A program made the translations under genes and the position numbers. From contig WGOA01000037.1 in NCBI GenBank assembly GCA_016124275.1, positions 2,690 to 66,689 on the forward strand: a stretch of DNA of 64,000 bases, given 5' to 3'. The notes beneath the pieces are model-generated. The model had not been told where the DNA came from. It made no database searches and saw only the letters and a list, made by a program, of their open reading frames with translations. This DNA comes from Bacteroidota bacterium (lineage in GTDB: Bacteria; Bacteroidota; Bacteroidia; Chitinophagales; BACL12). This document shows, piece after piece, positions 38,720 through 46,628 of the stretch (its first letter is position 1; each line of letters starts with the position of its first letter).

Positions 38720-39730
38720 ATGCAAGCGCTCCCGTCCCTTCCAGCATTAACTGCTCCGCCAACGGCGGACCAACTTCGCCAAACGCATACGGCCATTTCG
38801 CCCTATTTGCAGGAAACGCCAGTTTTGCGCTCGGGCGGCCTCAATCGTTTGGCTGGTGCGGAGTTGTGGTTTAAGTGCGAGAGCCTGCAACGCGTCGGAG
38901 CCTTCAAAATGCGCGGGGCCTTGCGCGCGGCGATGGCCATTCCGGAGGCGGAACGATTTAAAGGCCTGGCCACCCATTCTTCGGGCAACCACGCGCAAGC
39001 GGTAGCGTTAACGGCGCGCCTGCTGGGTGTTCCGGCCTACATTGTTATGCCGGTCAATGCTCCGGGCCCCAAACGGCAGGCAACGCTGGGCTATGGAGCG
39101 GAGATTATTCCCTGCGAAGCCACGTTGCAGGCACGGGAGGCCACACTGGCGCAAGTTGTGGATCGCACCGGAGCGCATTTCATCCCGCCCTACGACGACT
39201 ACAACATCATTGCCGGACAGGCGACCTCTGCCTTGGAATTGCTGGATGCCCAGCCGGATTTGGAGGCGGTTTTAGCGCCCGTGGGGGGTGGGGGCCTGAT
39301 CAGTGGCACGCTTTTGGCCGCGCGGGCCCACCGCAAAGACATTCGGGTTTACGCAGCGGAGCCCTCAAGGGTGGATGATGCCTTCCGCTCCCTTCAGTCG
39401 GGTGTACTTCAGGGCAATACGCGCACGGACACCATCGCCGATGGTCTTCGGACCTCGCTGGGCAAGCGAAACTTCCACATTTTGCAATCCGGTCTGGATG
39501 GCGTTCTTCGTGTGGATGAAGATGAAATTGTCTCGGCCATGGTCCTCATTTGGGAACGCCTGAAAATTGTGGTCGAACCCTCCGCGGCCGTTCCCCTTGC
39601 AGCCGTGCTTCGCTATCCGGAATTGTTCTCGGGTAAAAAGGTAGGACTGATCCTCAGCGGGGGAAATGCGGATCTCCTGGAGCTGCTCCATCTGCTGAAC
39701 CCACCTCCAGCAGCCTTGGCTACGGCTTAA
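38720..39730 (+). CDS. PLP-dependent serine/threonine dehydratase family enzyme (fold type II)
   Basis: ESLQRVGAFKMRGA (PLP lysine), HSSGNHAQAVA and GGGGLISG. Confidence 0.75.
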   Translation: MQALPSLPALTAPPTADQLRQTHTAISPYLQETPVLRSGGLNRLAGAELWFKCESLQRVGAFKMRGALRAAMAIPEAERFKGLATHSSGNHAQAVALTARLLGVPAYIVMPVNAPGPKRQATLGYGAEIIPCEATLQAREATLAQVVDRTGAHFIPPYDDYNIIAGQATSALELLDAQPDLEAVLAPVGGGGLISGTLLAARAHRKDIRVYAAEPSRVDDAFRSLQSGVLQGNTRTDTIADGLRTSLGKRNFHILQSGLDGVLRVDEDEIVSAMVLIWERLKIVVEPSAAVPLAAVLRYPELFSGKKVGLILSGGNADLLELLHLLNPPPAALATA

Positions 39731-39751
39731 GCAGTCTAAACCCTCCAGAAT

Positions 39752-39833
39752 CCCAACTGCCCCGCTGGCCCGCTGGCCCGCTGCCCAACTGCCCAACTGC
39801 GCCGCTGGCCCGCTGCCCAACTCCCCGCCGCCC
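39752..39833. repeat. C-rich mosaic of two interleaved 8-mers, CCCAACTG (x4) and CC(C)GCTGG (x5), starting about 20 nt after the stop at 39730
   Basis: Read directly: cccaactg cccgctgg cccgctgg cccgctg cccaactg cccaactg cgccgctgg cccgctg cccaact ccccgccgccc. Confidence 0.85.
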
Positions 39834-39896
39834 TTGGTACAGCAAAAACTATGGTGCATCGTGCTCAGCAGGGGTGTTAGGCTTTCCTTAAATTGA

Positions 39897-39925
39897 AAAC
39901 ACCCGGCCAAAAGGGCCGGGTGTTT
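39897..39925. terminator. Perfect 12-bp stem hairpin (AAACACCCGGCC-AAAAG-GGCCGGGTGTTT)
   Basis: Read directly. On the minus strand it is followed by TTTTCAATTT, so it may terminate the minus-strand gene 40211..40543, or act bidirectionally. Confidence 0.55.
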
Positions 39926-40210
39926 CAAGCAATCACTTGCTCAGGACAAGAATAGGCTGGGTAAAAAAATGGTTCAAAAAAAATGCTTACTCAATCAGGA
40001 CACTGCAACGTTCAGTTTTTGTAGTACCCCGATCAAGGACAAAGACTAATCTTTCTTACACTTTTTGCCACGCTTCCATTAGCGGAATCATGAGCCGAAG
40101 CCATTAAAAGGCTTAAATTACAGCCATATACAGTATTTTAATTACCATATACAGCTAAATTCTTTCTAAAAATTCCTGCTTCCAGGTAGGCTTTTTCGTG
40201 AATCTTCCCG

Positions 40211-40543
40211 CTATTGGATCGTCACTGAATGAGCTTCCCATCCTATCGCCAACTTGATTTGGACGGTGTACACGCCAGCTGGGGCATTCGCCATGCTAAT
40301 TTCCTGGTAATCAGGTTCTGCAGTGCCGTCCTGATACACCACAGTTCCCGCACTGTTCAAAATGCGAATTTGGCGCATCGGGTTTACGGTCGGGTTTGTG
40401 GCAATAGCACCCAGCAGATCATCGACCATGACAATGATGCCCGATTGCTGCTCTGGCGGATTTCCACCCCCAGCTTGTGCCATGAGTTGGGAGGTAAAAG
40501 AAAAAGCAACGGTAAGCGTCAAAATTGCGAGGAATCGTTTCAT
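40211..40543 (-). CDS. Small secreted protein consisting of a signal peptide plus a T9SS-CTD-like beta-sandwich only
   Basis: MKRFLAILTLTVAFSFTSQLMAQA signal peptide. IRILNSAGTVVYQ...APAGVYTVQIKL...HSVTIQ has the CTD pattern. 110 aa in total, in an AT-rich context. Confidence 0.55.
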   Translation of the reverse strand: MKRFLAILTLTVAFSFTSQLMAQAGGGNPPEQQSGIIVMVDDLLGAIATNPTVNPMRQIRILNSAGTVVYQDGTAEPDYQEISMANAPAGVYTVQIKLAIGWEAHSVTIQ

Positions 40544-40916
40544 GATGCGTTGATTTTGTAATTAGCTTTTTTGTAAAGTTTTTTGCCAGGAAGCGTTCTA
40601 ATTCATCATCGTTTCCTTCGCGCTTTGTCCATTAGCTTTAACCAAAGAATCGGTCAAGGATGGTAAGCCCAAGGATAAGCTGTTGGTTTATGCCTCCTTC
40701 TGAAAGTGAAACTACCGGCGAGCTGTTCAATATCAATGGAGAAATCAACGGCTTACTTGCCCATTTCAGGGCTGTCTTTAATTGAATCCTTTGCACTTTG
40801 TAGCAAACACAATGGTCAAAAGCACACTATTACAGATGCATCCTGCCTTCTATGTTTGGCTATTCTTTCTTTGATTTCATGCCTGGAAATAAGTTCCTCT
40901 TTTTTATGCATAAATT

Positions 40917-42359
40917 ATGAAGGATACCGAACTGTATCGTGCGTTAAAAACGCTGAAGCCTGCTGAGCTCAGGGACTTTCGAAGGTACCTGAGTTCTCCG
41001 TTGTTCAATGAAGAAATAATGTATGTTTCATTTATTGACTTGATGGTCACTAAAAAGGGTACGCTGTTCAAAACGGATATTGATGATGACATTTTTATTC
41101 AGCGAAAAAGAATAAAATCCATTCGCTCTAAAAAAGACCTCTACAACTGCAGAACAAAAATTCTATACCATCTTGAAAACTTTATTCTGCATAATGCCGG
41201 CCAAAAAAATCCCATTGCTAACCACCTCAACCTTGCAGAATATTACCGGAAGCACGGATTAAAAGTCAGGTATGACAGAGCCATGCGGGACGCAGAAAAA
41301 CTGTTAGAAAAGGAAGCGAAGAAAGACTCCTCCTATCTTTTTAACGCTTATATGTGGCAAAAAATATCCTTCGACAATTTTGACCAGAATGTACGCCGCA
41401 CCGATAACCGGCATCTGGAAGCCGTTAGTTGGGCCTTAGATAAATATTACCTCTCGGAGAAATTGATGTACAGTGCTGAGATGATCAATCGCTCAGCGAT
41501 GCTGGGCACGGAGTATGAAGAATTGATCAAGCATTCCGTCCTTCCCAATGCCATTGATCATCGGCTCCCAATCATTGTAAACTTGCACATTGCTGTGATT
41601 AAACTTTTCGGTAAACCAGATGAACTGGAGCCCTACCTTGCTTACTGCGAATTGCTCAGACAGATTAAATTCACCTTAACCAACGAAGAAAAAAGTGGCT
41701 TCTATTTGTATGCTTTTAACCACTGTACCAGGCGCATAAACATCAAGGATAGCCGGTTTGAACGCCACTTCATGGAGCTTATAAATCAAATGCATGCCGA
41801 AGATCTGCTGGTCATTAACAAGGTGATCAATCCCTGGGTTTACAAAAACATCATTCAATTCTTTTTGTCCAGCAGCCAACCTGATCGGGCAGTTACCTTT
41901 TGGGATGCCTATTCCCCAAACCTGCCGCAATCACATAAAGAAACCGTATCGGTGTTGGCCAAGGCTCAAATTGCCCTTGCCCAAAAAGATTACAACAAGG
42001 TCTTTTCTATGACCCGTGAAGTGCGCCATATTGATCACCACCTGGTCGTTAGCTTAAAACTGTTGGCCTGCAAAGCGTATCTGCAGCTGGAAGACTTTGT
42101 TCAATTTGACTTCCACCTGGAAGCCTTTACCAAATATTTACAATACCATAAATCACAAATTGACAAAGATCGCATTCCCAGGATCAAGCAATTTCTAAGC
42201 TTCTGCCGGAGGCTTAAAAATGTGCCACCCAAAGACGAGGACAGTCTTGAGGAAATTCTGAAAGACATTGAGAACACCCCGCAAGTTTTGGATGCCGCCT
42301 GGCTTACTGATTATGTGAACCAAAAGCTGTCGCGGATTCGCAAAAGAAACAGGCGCTAA
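40917..42359 (+). CDS. Hypothetical cytoplasmic all-helical (TPR-like) protein in a low-GC context
   Basis: 480-aa ORF with clean coding-like composition and no signal peptide. The N-terminus is LKTLKPAELRDFRRYLSSPLFN. No enzymatic motif recognised. Confidence 0.6.
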   Translation: MKDTELYRALKTLKPAELRDFRRYLSSPLFNEEIMYVSFIDLMVTKKGTLFKTDIDDDIFIQRKRIKSIRSKKDLYNCRTKILYHLENFILHNAGQKNPIANHLNLAEYYRKHGLKVRYDRAMRDAEKLLEKEAKKDSSYLFNAYMWQKISFDNFDQNVRRTDNRHLEAVSWALDKYYLSEKLMYSAEMINRSAMLGTEYEELIKHSVLPNAIDHRLPIIVNLHIAVIKLFGKPDELEPYLAYCELLRQIKFTLTNEEKSGFYLYAFNHCTRRINIKDSRFERHFMELINQMHAEDLLVINKVINPWVYKNIIQFFLSSSQPDRAVTFWDAYSPNLPQSHKETVSVLAKAQIALAQKDYNKVFSMTREVRHIDHHLVVSLKLLACKAYLQLEDFVQFDFHLEAFTKYLQYHKSQIDKDRIPRIKQFLSFCRRLKNVPPKDEDSLEEILKDIENTPQVLDAAWLTDYVNQKLSRIRKRNRR

Positions 42360-42450
42360 GCAACATGTAATTTTCATTAAATGAGCTTGAATAAGCCAGT
42401 TAAAACCAGGCGCAAAAGGCGAGTTTTGCTCCTTTGCGTACTTTTACCGC

Positions 42451-43773
42451 ATGAAACTCTTGTTTAACACTGCCCTCCTGGCCACTGCAATCATGCTGAT
42501 GGCTGCTTCGGGCTGCTCCAATAAGCCGCCTCAACAAACCAACGATGCGCAGTCTGTCCCTGCTGCAGCGACTAAGCCCGCTCCGGCTGGCACCTTGCAG
42601 GTAACACTGACCGGAAAAACGGGAACGAAAGGCGACTTAGAGCGCCTCTATGGCATTTCGCTTCGCGACCCTTCCAACAGCGATGCAGCCCGTAAGCGCC
42701 TGGATCAATCGCCGCTAAAAGACCGCTGGGTCAATCTACCCAAGTCTTTCATTCGGCACCCGGCTGGCAGCCACTCTTACAAGATGAAGAGCATGGATGA
42801 TCCAAACGTCAATTTGGTCCTGAATACCATCTTGCCCCAATTGCCGGCTTCGGTCAAACACGATTTTACCTGGCCTCCGCAGTTTCCGCGCGATCAGGTC
42901 AGCCGTTGGGTCACCGAGCGAACCGGGCGCATTACCATTGGCAATGAACCGCCTAACCACGTGCCGGAACTCTTTGCCAATGGGCAGGCCTATGTCACGT
43001 TTGCCGAAGAAGTGTACCGGGCCAATCCCAAGCTGGCCGATAAATTCTGGATCCAAAGTGGGAAGCCTGAAGTCGTGCGGCACATGGGCAAAGGCTCGCC
43101 TATGGTGCGCAAACATTCAGATTGCCTGGATGCCGCTTCAAAATCCGTAAAAGCGGGCCGATTACCGGCGCGCGTGGTCACCACCCATAAACTGATGCCG
43201 GTTTACCCACCTGATCGCCTGACCTTCTACCGCGAAATGCTTGGCGACTACCGCAGCTATTTCGGAAATGACGTGCAAGTCTGTTTCCAGGAATTCAATT
43301 ACCGGGACGAAGAAACCGAAAGCCTGGACCAGGTGCTCCATGTGGCTGAGTTCCTGCTGGTCATGGCCAGGTTGCGTAATGAAGAGGGCAAAATTGTGGA
43401 CGGCGCAGCCTTTCACCAGGGCTTTGCCGTAGGGACCTCCAATATTTTTGGCCTGGACGCAAAAGGAGGCCAGGGCAGTTGGCGTGTCGGTGGCCTTGCG
43501 CTGGTCTGGGAAGAGTTCGGCAACATGATGACCGATGGCAGCTACGCGTTCAGCAATGCCACAAACCGGCCGGTAGATGTCCAAATTGAAGTGTTCAAGA
43601 AAGGGTCTAACTTTTATGCGCTCTTCTGCAACAAAAGCGATCGGCCCATTCCCACCACATTGAATGGCGTGAACATCATTTACATTGATCAAACCCTGGG
43701 AAAAAAGACGGAGAAGTTCAACGGCAGTATTCCCGCGCGCAGCACGGGCAGTATTGAGCTGACCGGAATCTAA
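42451..43773 (+). CDS. Lipoprotein, possibly a clan GH-A-like glycoside hydrolase
   Basis: MKLLFNTALLATAIMLMAASGCSNK has a lipobox. ITIGNEPPNH (an NEP acid/base-like motif) and VCFQEFNY (a candidate nucleophile strand) suggest a (beta/alpha)8 hydrolase. This is weak inference only. Confidence 0.4.
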   Translation: MKLLFNTALLATAIMLMAASGCSNKPPQQTNDAQSVPAAATKPAPAGTLQVTLTGKTGTKGDLERLYGISLRDPSNSDAARKRLDQSPLKDRWVNLPKSFIRHPAGSHSYKMKSMDDPNVNLVLNTILPQLPASVKHDFTWPPQFPRDQVSRWVTERTGRITIGNEPPNHVPELFANGQAYVTFAEEVYRANPKLADKFWIQSGKPEVVRHMGKGSPMVRKHSDCLDAASKSVKAGRLPARVVTTHKLMPVYPPDRLTFYREMLGDYRSYFGNDVQVCFQEFNYRDEETESLDQVLHVAEFLLVMARLRNEEGKIVDGAAFHQGFAVGTSNIFGLDAKGGQGSWRVGGLALVWEEFGNMMTDGSYAFSNATNRPVDVQIEVFKKGSNFYALFCNKSDRPIPTTLNGVNIIYIDQTLGKKTEKFNGSIPARSTGSIELTGI

Positions 43774-43831
43774 GGGTTTTCATACCCTTGACCCCGAATA
43801 AACTATGGAGGGATCAGGCTCCTGCACAAAC

Positions 43832-43864
43832 AAAAAACCCGCCCTTAACAGAGCGGGTTTTTTT
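43832..43864. terminator. Bidirectional rho-independent-type terminator (AAACCCGC-loop-GCGGGTTT followed by a T7 run)
   Basis: Read directly. It sits between the stop of 42451..43773 (+) and the 3' end of tRNA-Asp (-). There is an A-run on one side and a T-run on the other. Confidence 0.7.
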
Positions 43865-43865
43865 G

Positions 43866-43939
43866 CGGACCGGACGGGACTCGAACCCGCGACCTCCGGC
43901 GTGACAGGCCGGCATTCTAACCAACTGAACTACCGATCC
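43866..43939 (-). tRNA. tRNA-Asp(GTC): tRNA-Asp (anticodon GTC)
   Basis: The reverse complement GGATCGGTAGTTCAGTTGGTTAGAATGCCGGCCTGTCACGCCGGAGGTCGCGGGTTCGAGTCCCGTCCGGTCCG folds manually into a cloverleaf. It has a 7-bp acceptor stem, a CCGGC/GCCGG anticodon stem with loop CTGTCAC, and a GTTCGAGTC T-loop. CCA is not encoded. Confidence 0.9.
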
Positions 43940-44241
43940 TTAAACAAAACCAATATGGTAAACTTTGCGGCTATCTGCGGCCATCTGCAGCTTTAAGGGC
44001 AAAACAAATGCACTTCAGGAAGCCCGACCAAAGCAAGGTTCTGATCAAACGCGCACGCTTTTTCAGAAGCAGGGCAAATATAGCTCCACAAGCGGTTATT
44101 CACCAAGCCCCGGAACTTTTTTCTCCCACCCCAGGAGCAGTCCCGAATCCCTAACTTTGACCCCTTGGGCTGTTTTAATGGCAGCACCAATAACTTTGTT
44201 CAGCAAGCTGTGGGTGCAGCGCTATAGCCAATAAGAAGCTC

Positions 44242-45201
44242 ATGACGTATCTGGAATTTGAAAAACCGGTGGCCGAGTTGCAGGAACAACTGGATAAACT
44301 CCGCCTGATCGGCGAGCAGGGAAAGGTGGATGTCACGGCCTCCGTAGCTGAAATGGAGGAGAAAATAGGAGAACTTCGTAAAAACATATACGAAAATCTA
44401 AATGCATGGCAGCGGGTTCAACTTTCCCGCCATCCGGACCGGCCCTACACGCTTTACTACATCGAAAACCTCTGCGAAAACTTTGTAGAGTTGCACGGCG
44501 ACCGGGCAGTGGGCGATGACAAAGCCATTGTCGGTGGTTTTGGGCTCATGGACGGTCAGACCTACCTTTTCTTAGGGCAGCAAAAGGGCGTTAACACCAA
44601 AATGCGGCAATACCGCCGCTTTGGCATGGCCAATCCCGAAGGCTACCGCAAGGCCCTTCGCCTGATGAAACTGGCCGAAAAATTTAACAAACCCATTGTC
44701 ACGTTTATCGATACGCCGGGCGCATTTCCGGGCATTGAAGCCGAAGAGCGCGGCCAGGCCGAGGCTATTGCCCGAAACCTGTTCGAAATGACCCTGCTTA
44801 AGGTGCCTGTCATCTGCATTGTTCTGGGTGAAGGGGCCTCCGGAGGCGCCATCGGCATCGGGCTGGGCGACCGGATCTTTATGCTCGAAAACACCTGGTA
44901 TTCCGTCATCTCTCCAGAAGGTTGTGCGTCTATTTTATGGCGAAGTGCCGATTTTAAGGAGCAGGCAGCAGAAGCCCTGCAGCTCACGGCCAAAAACAAC
45001 TTTGAACTGGGCATCATTGACGGCATCATCAAGGAGCCGCTGGGCGGGGCGCATGTCAACCCGAAATCCATGGTGACCAACTTAAAACGCGCCATCAAGA
45101 AAAACATCAAGGAACTCAGTGCCATGGATCCCGAAGAGCGCATTCAGGCGCGAATCGACAAATACAGCGCCATGGGCCGGTTCACAGAAGTTTCAAAGTG
45201 A
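44242..45201 (+). CDS. accA: Acetyl-CoA carboxylase carboxyltransferase subunit alpha
   Basis: [55 protein letters not shown] and GEGASGGA. Confidence 0.9.
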   Translation: MTYLEFEKPVAELQEQLDKLRLIGEQGKVDVTASVAEMEEKIGELRKNIYENLNAWQRVQLSRHPDRPYTLYYIENLCENFVELHGDRAVGDDKAIVGGFGLMDGQTYLFLGQQKGVNTKMRQYRRFGMANPEGYRKALRLMKLAEKFNKPIVTFIDTPGAFPGIEAEERGQAEAIARNLFEMTLLKVPVICIVLGEGASGGAIGIGLGDRIFMLENTWYSVISPEGCASILWRSADFKEQAAEALQLTAKNNFELGIIDGIIKEPLGGAHVNPKSMVTNLKRAIKKNIKELSAMDPEERIQARIDKYSAMGRFTEVSK

Positions 45202-45208
45202 CCCCCCG

Positions 45209-45754
45209 GTGTTCAGTGCCCTTCGCAACACGCTGTTTCGCTATGCCGTCGGTCGCCGGCTGATGGAGAAAAGCATAACCCGCAATACGGTTCCATTCAG
45301 CGAGGCCCGCCACATTGGCATTTTGGTGCGCCTTCAAAACGAAGAGGACCACCTGGCCGCACAACAGTACGCCGATCAACTTCGCGCGGCAGGAAAAAAA
45401 GTGGACGTGCTCGCCTACTTGGACCGCAAAAAAGTTACCCCGGCTGAAAGCATTCAAACCCTGCAGCGGAGCGATTGCAACTGGCTGGGTTTTCCATCGG
45501 GGGAATCGGCCCGTTACTTTGAGCAACAGCCCTTCGACGTTTTGATTTGTGCCTGGCTCGGCCGTTGTCTGCCCCTGCGATACCTTGCCCTGTTTAGCCA
45601 GGCTTCCTGGCGCATCGGCGAGTTTACGCGAGACAAAGAACCGAGCGCAGAATTCCTGATCAACCTACCCAACGAACAGCACTCGCTGGCTGAATTCTTT
45701 GCCGAAGTGGATCATTACCTCCAATCCATCCGCACCCATGAAACCGAATCCTAA
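45209..45754 (+). CDS. Conserved hypothetical protein between accA and dapA
   Basis: The ORF frame is open from 45119 but overlaps accA. An in-frame GTG at 45209 or an ATG at 45263 are plausible starts. No motif recognised. Confidence 0.45.
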   Translation: MFSALRNTLFRYAVGRRLMEKSITRNTVPFSEARHIGILVRLQNEEDHLAAQQYADQLRAAGKKVDVLAYLDRKKVTPAESIQTLQRSDCNWLGFPSGESARYFEQQPFDVLICAWLGRCLPLRYLALFSQASWRIGEFTRDKEPSAEFLINLPNEQHSLAEFFAEVDHYLQSIRTHETES

Positions 45755-46628
45755 TCCGTTCAGCGGCACTGGCGTAGCGCTTGTGACCCCCTTCGACCAA
45801 GCCATGCGCATTGATTGGCCGGCGCTGGGACGCATCGTGGACCACGTCATTGAAGGCGGAGTGGACTACGTGGTTTCGCTGGGCACCACCGGAGAATCCG
45901 TTACGCTTGACGCCGAAGAAAAACGCGAAGTGCTGGCCTTTACGGTCCAGCACACGGCCGGTCGCGTGCCCATCGTTGCCGGTTTTGGTTCGAATGATAC
46001 CCGTGCGCTGTGCGACAGCGTGCGCGAACAGGATTTCAGCGGAATTGATGGCATTTTGTCGGTGAGCCCTGCCTACAACAAGCCCACGCAAGAAGGCATT
46101 TACCGCCATTACCGGGCACTCGATGAGATGGCCCCCCGCCCCATCCTGCTGTACAACGTGCCCGGCCGCACCAGCAGCAACATGAGCGCGGAAACCACCT
46201 TGCGCCTGGCCCGCGACGCCAAAAACATCGTCGGCATCAAGGAGGCCTCCGGAAACTTTGACCAGATTGGCCGCCTGCTCCGCGACCGGCCGGCCGGATT
46301 TAGCATCTTGTCTGGCGACGATGCACTGGCGCTGCCTCAGCTGGGCATGGGCATTGATGGCGTCATCAGCGTGATTGCCAACGGCTGGCCCCGCGCCTTC
46401 AGCGACCTGGTCCGTGCCGGCCGCGCCGGTGATTTCGACCGCGCCCGTGCCCTGCATTTTGACTTGATGGACGCTATCGACCTGCTCTTCCGCGAAGGAA
46501 ACCCCGGCGGCATCAAATGCGCCATGGCCGCCATGGGCTTGTGCGAGGAAGTGTTGCGCCTGCCCTGCTACCCGGTCAGCGACCCACTGCGCACAGCGTT
46601 ACGCGCAGAAGTAAAGCGCGGAAGTTAA
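45738..46628 (+). CDS. dapA: 4-hydroxy-tetrahydrodipicolinate synthase
   Basis: The internal ATG at 45738 gives MKPNPNPFSGTGVALVTPF. GTTGES, YNVPGRT and GIKEASG are present. Confidence 0.9.
   Translation: MKPNPNPFSGTGVALVTPFDQAMRIDWPALGRIVDHVIEGGVDYVVSLGTTGESVTLDAEEKREVLAFTVQHTAGRVPIVAGFGSNDTRALCDSVREQDFSGIDGILSVSPAYNKPTQEGIYRHYRALDEMAPRPILLYNVPGRTSSNMSAETTLRLARDAKNIVGIKEASGNFDQIGRLLRDRPAGFSILSGDDALALPQLGMGIDGVISVIANGWPRAFSDLVRAGRAGDFDRARALHFDLMDAIDLLFREGNPGGIKCAMAAMGLCEEVLRLPCYPVSDPLRTALRAEVKRGS

Noticed and set aside
40706-40966. 86-aa ORF in the AT-rich spacer upstream of the 480-aa orphan gene
   Set aside because: It is Cys/Ser/Leu-rich, overlaps the start of the 40917 gene and has no motif. 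It is probably spurious, though the 373-nt spacer could hide a gene remnant or sRNA.
39730-43939. Classical tRNA-linked genomic island integrated at tRNA-Asp
   Set aside because: There is no integrase gene, and I could not find a direct repeat of the tRNA 3' end at the far side. The lipoprotein gene next to the tRNA has host-like GC. Only the 39.85-42.4 kb part looks foreign.
43805-43996. 63-aa ORF covering the tRNA-Asp locus
   Set aside because: It overlaps a cleanly folding tRNA and a terminator hairpin, so it is an artefact of the six-frame translation.
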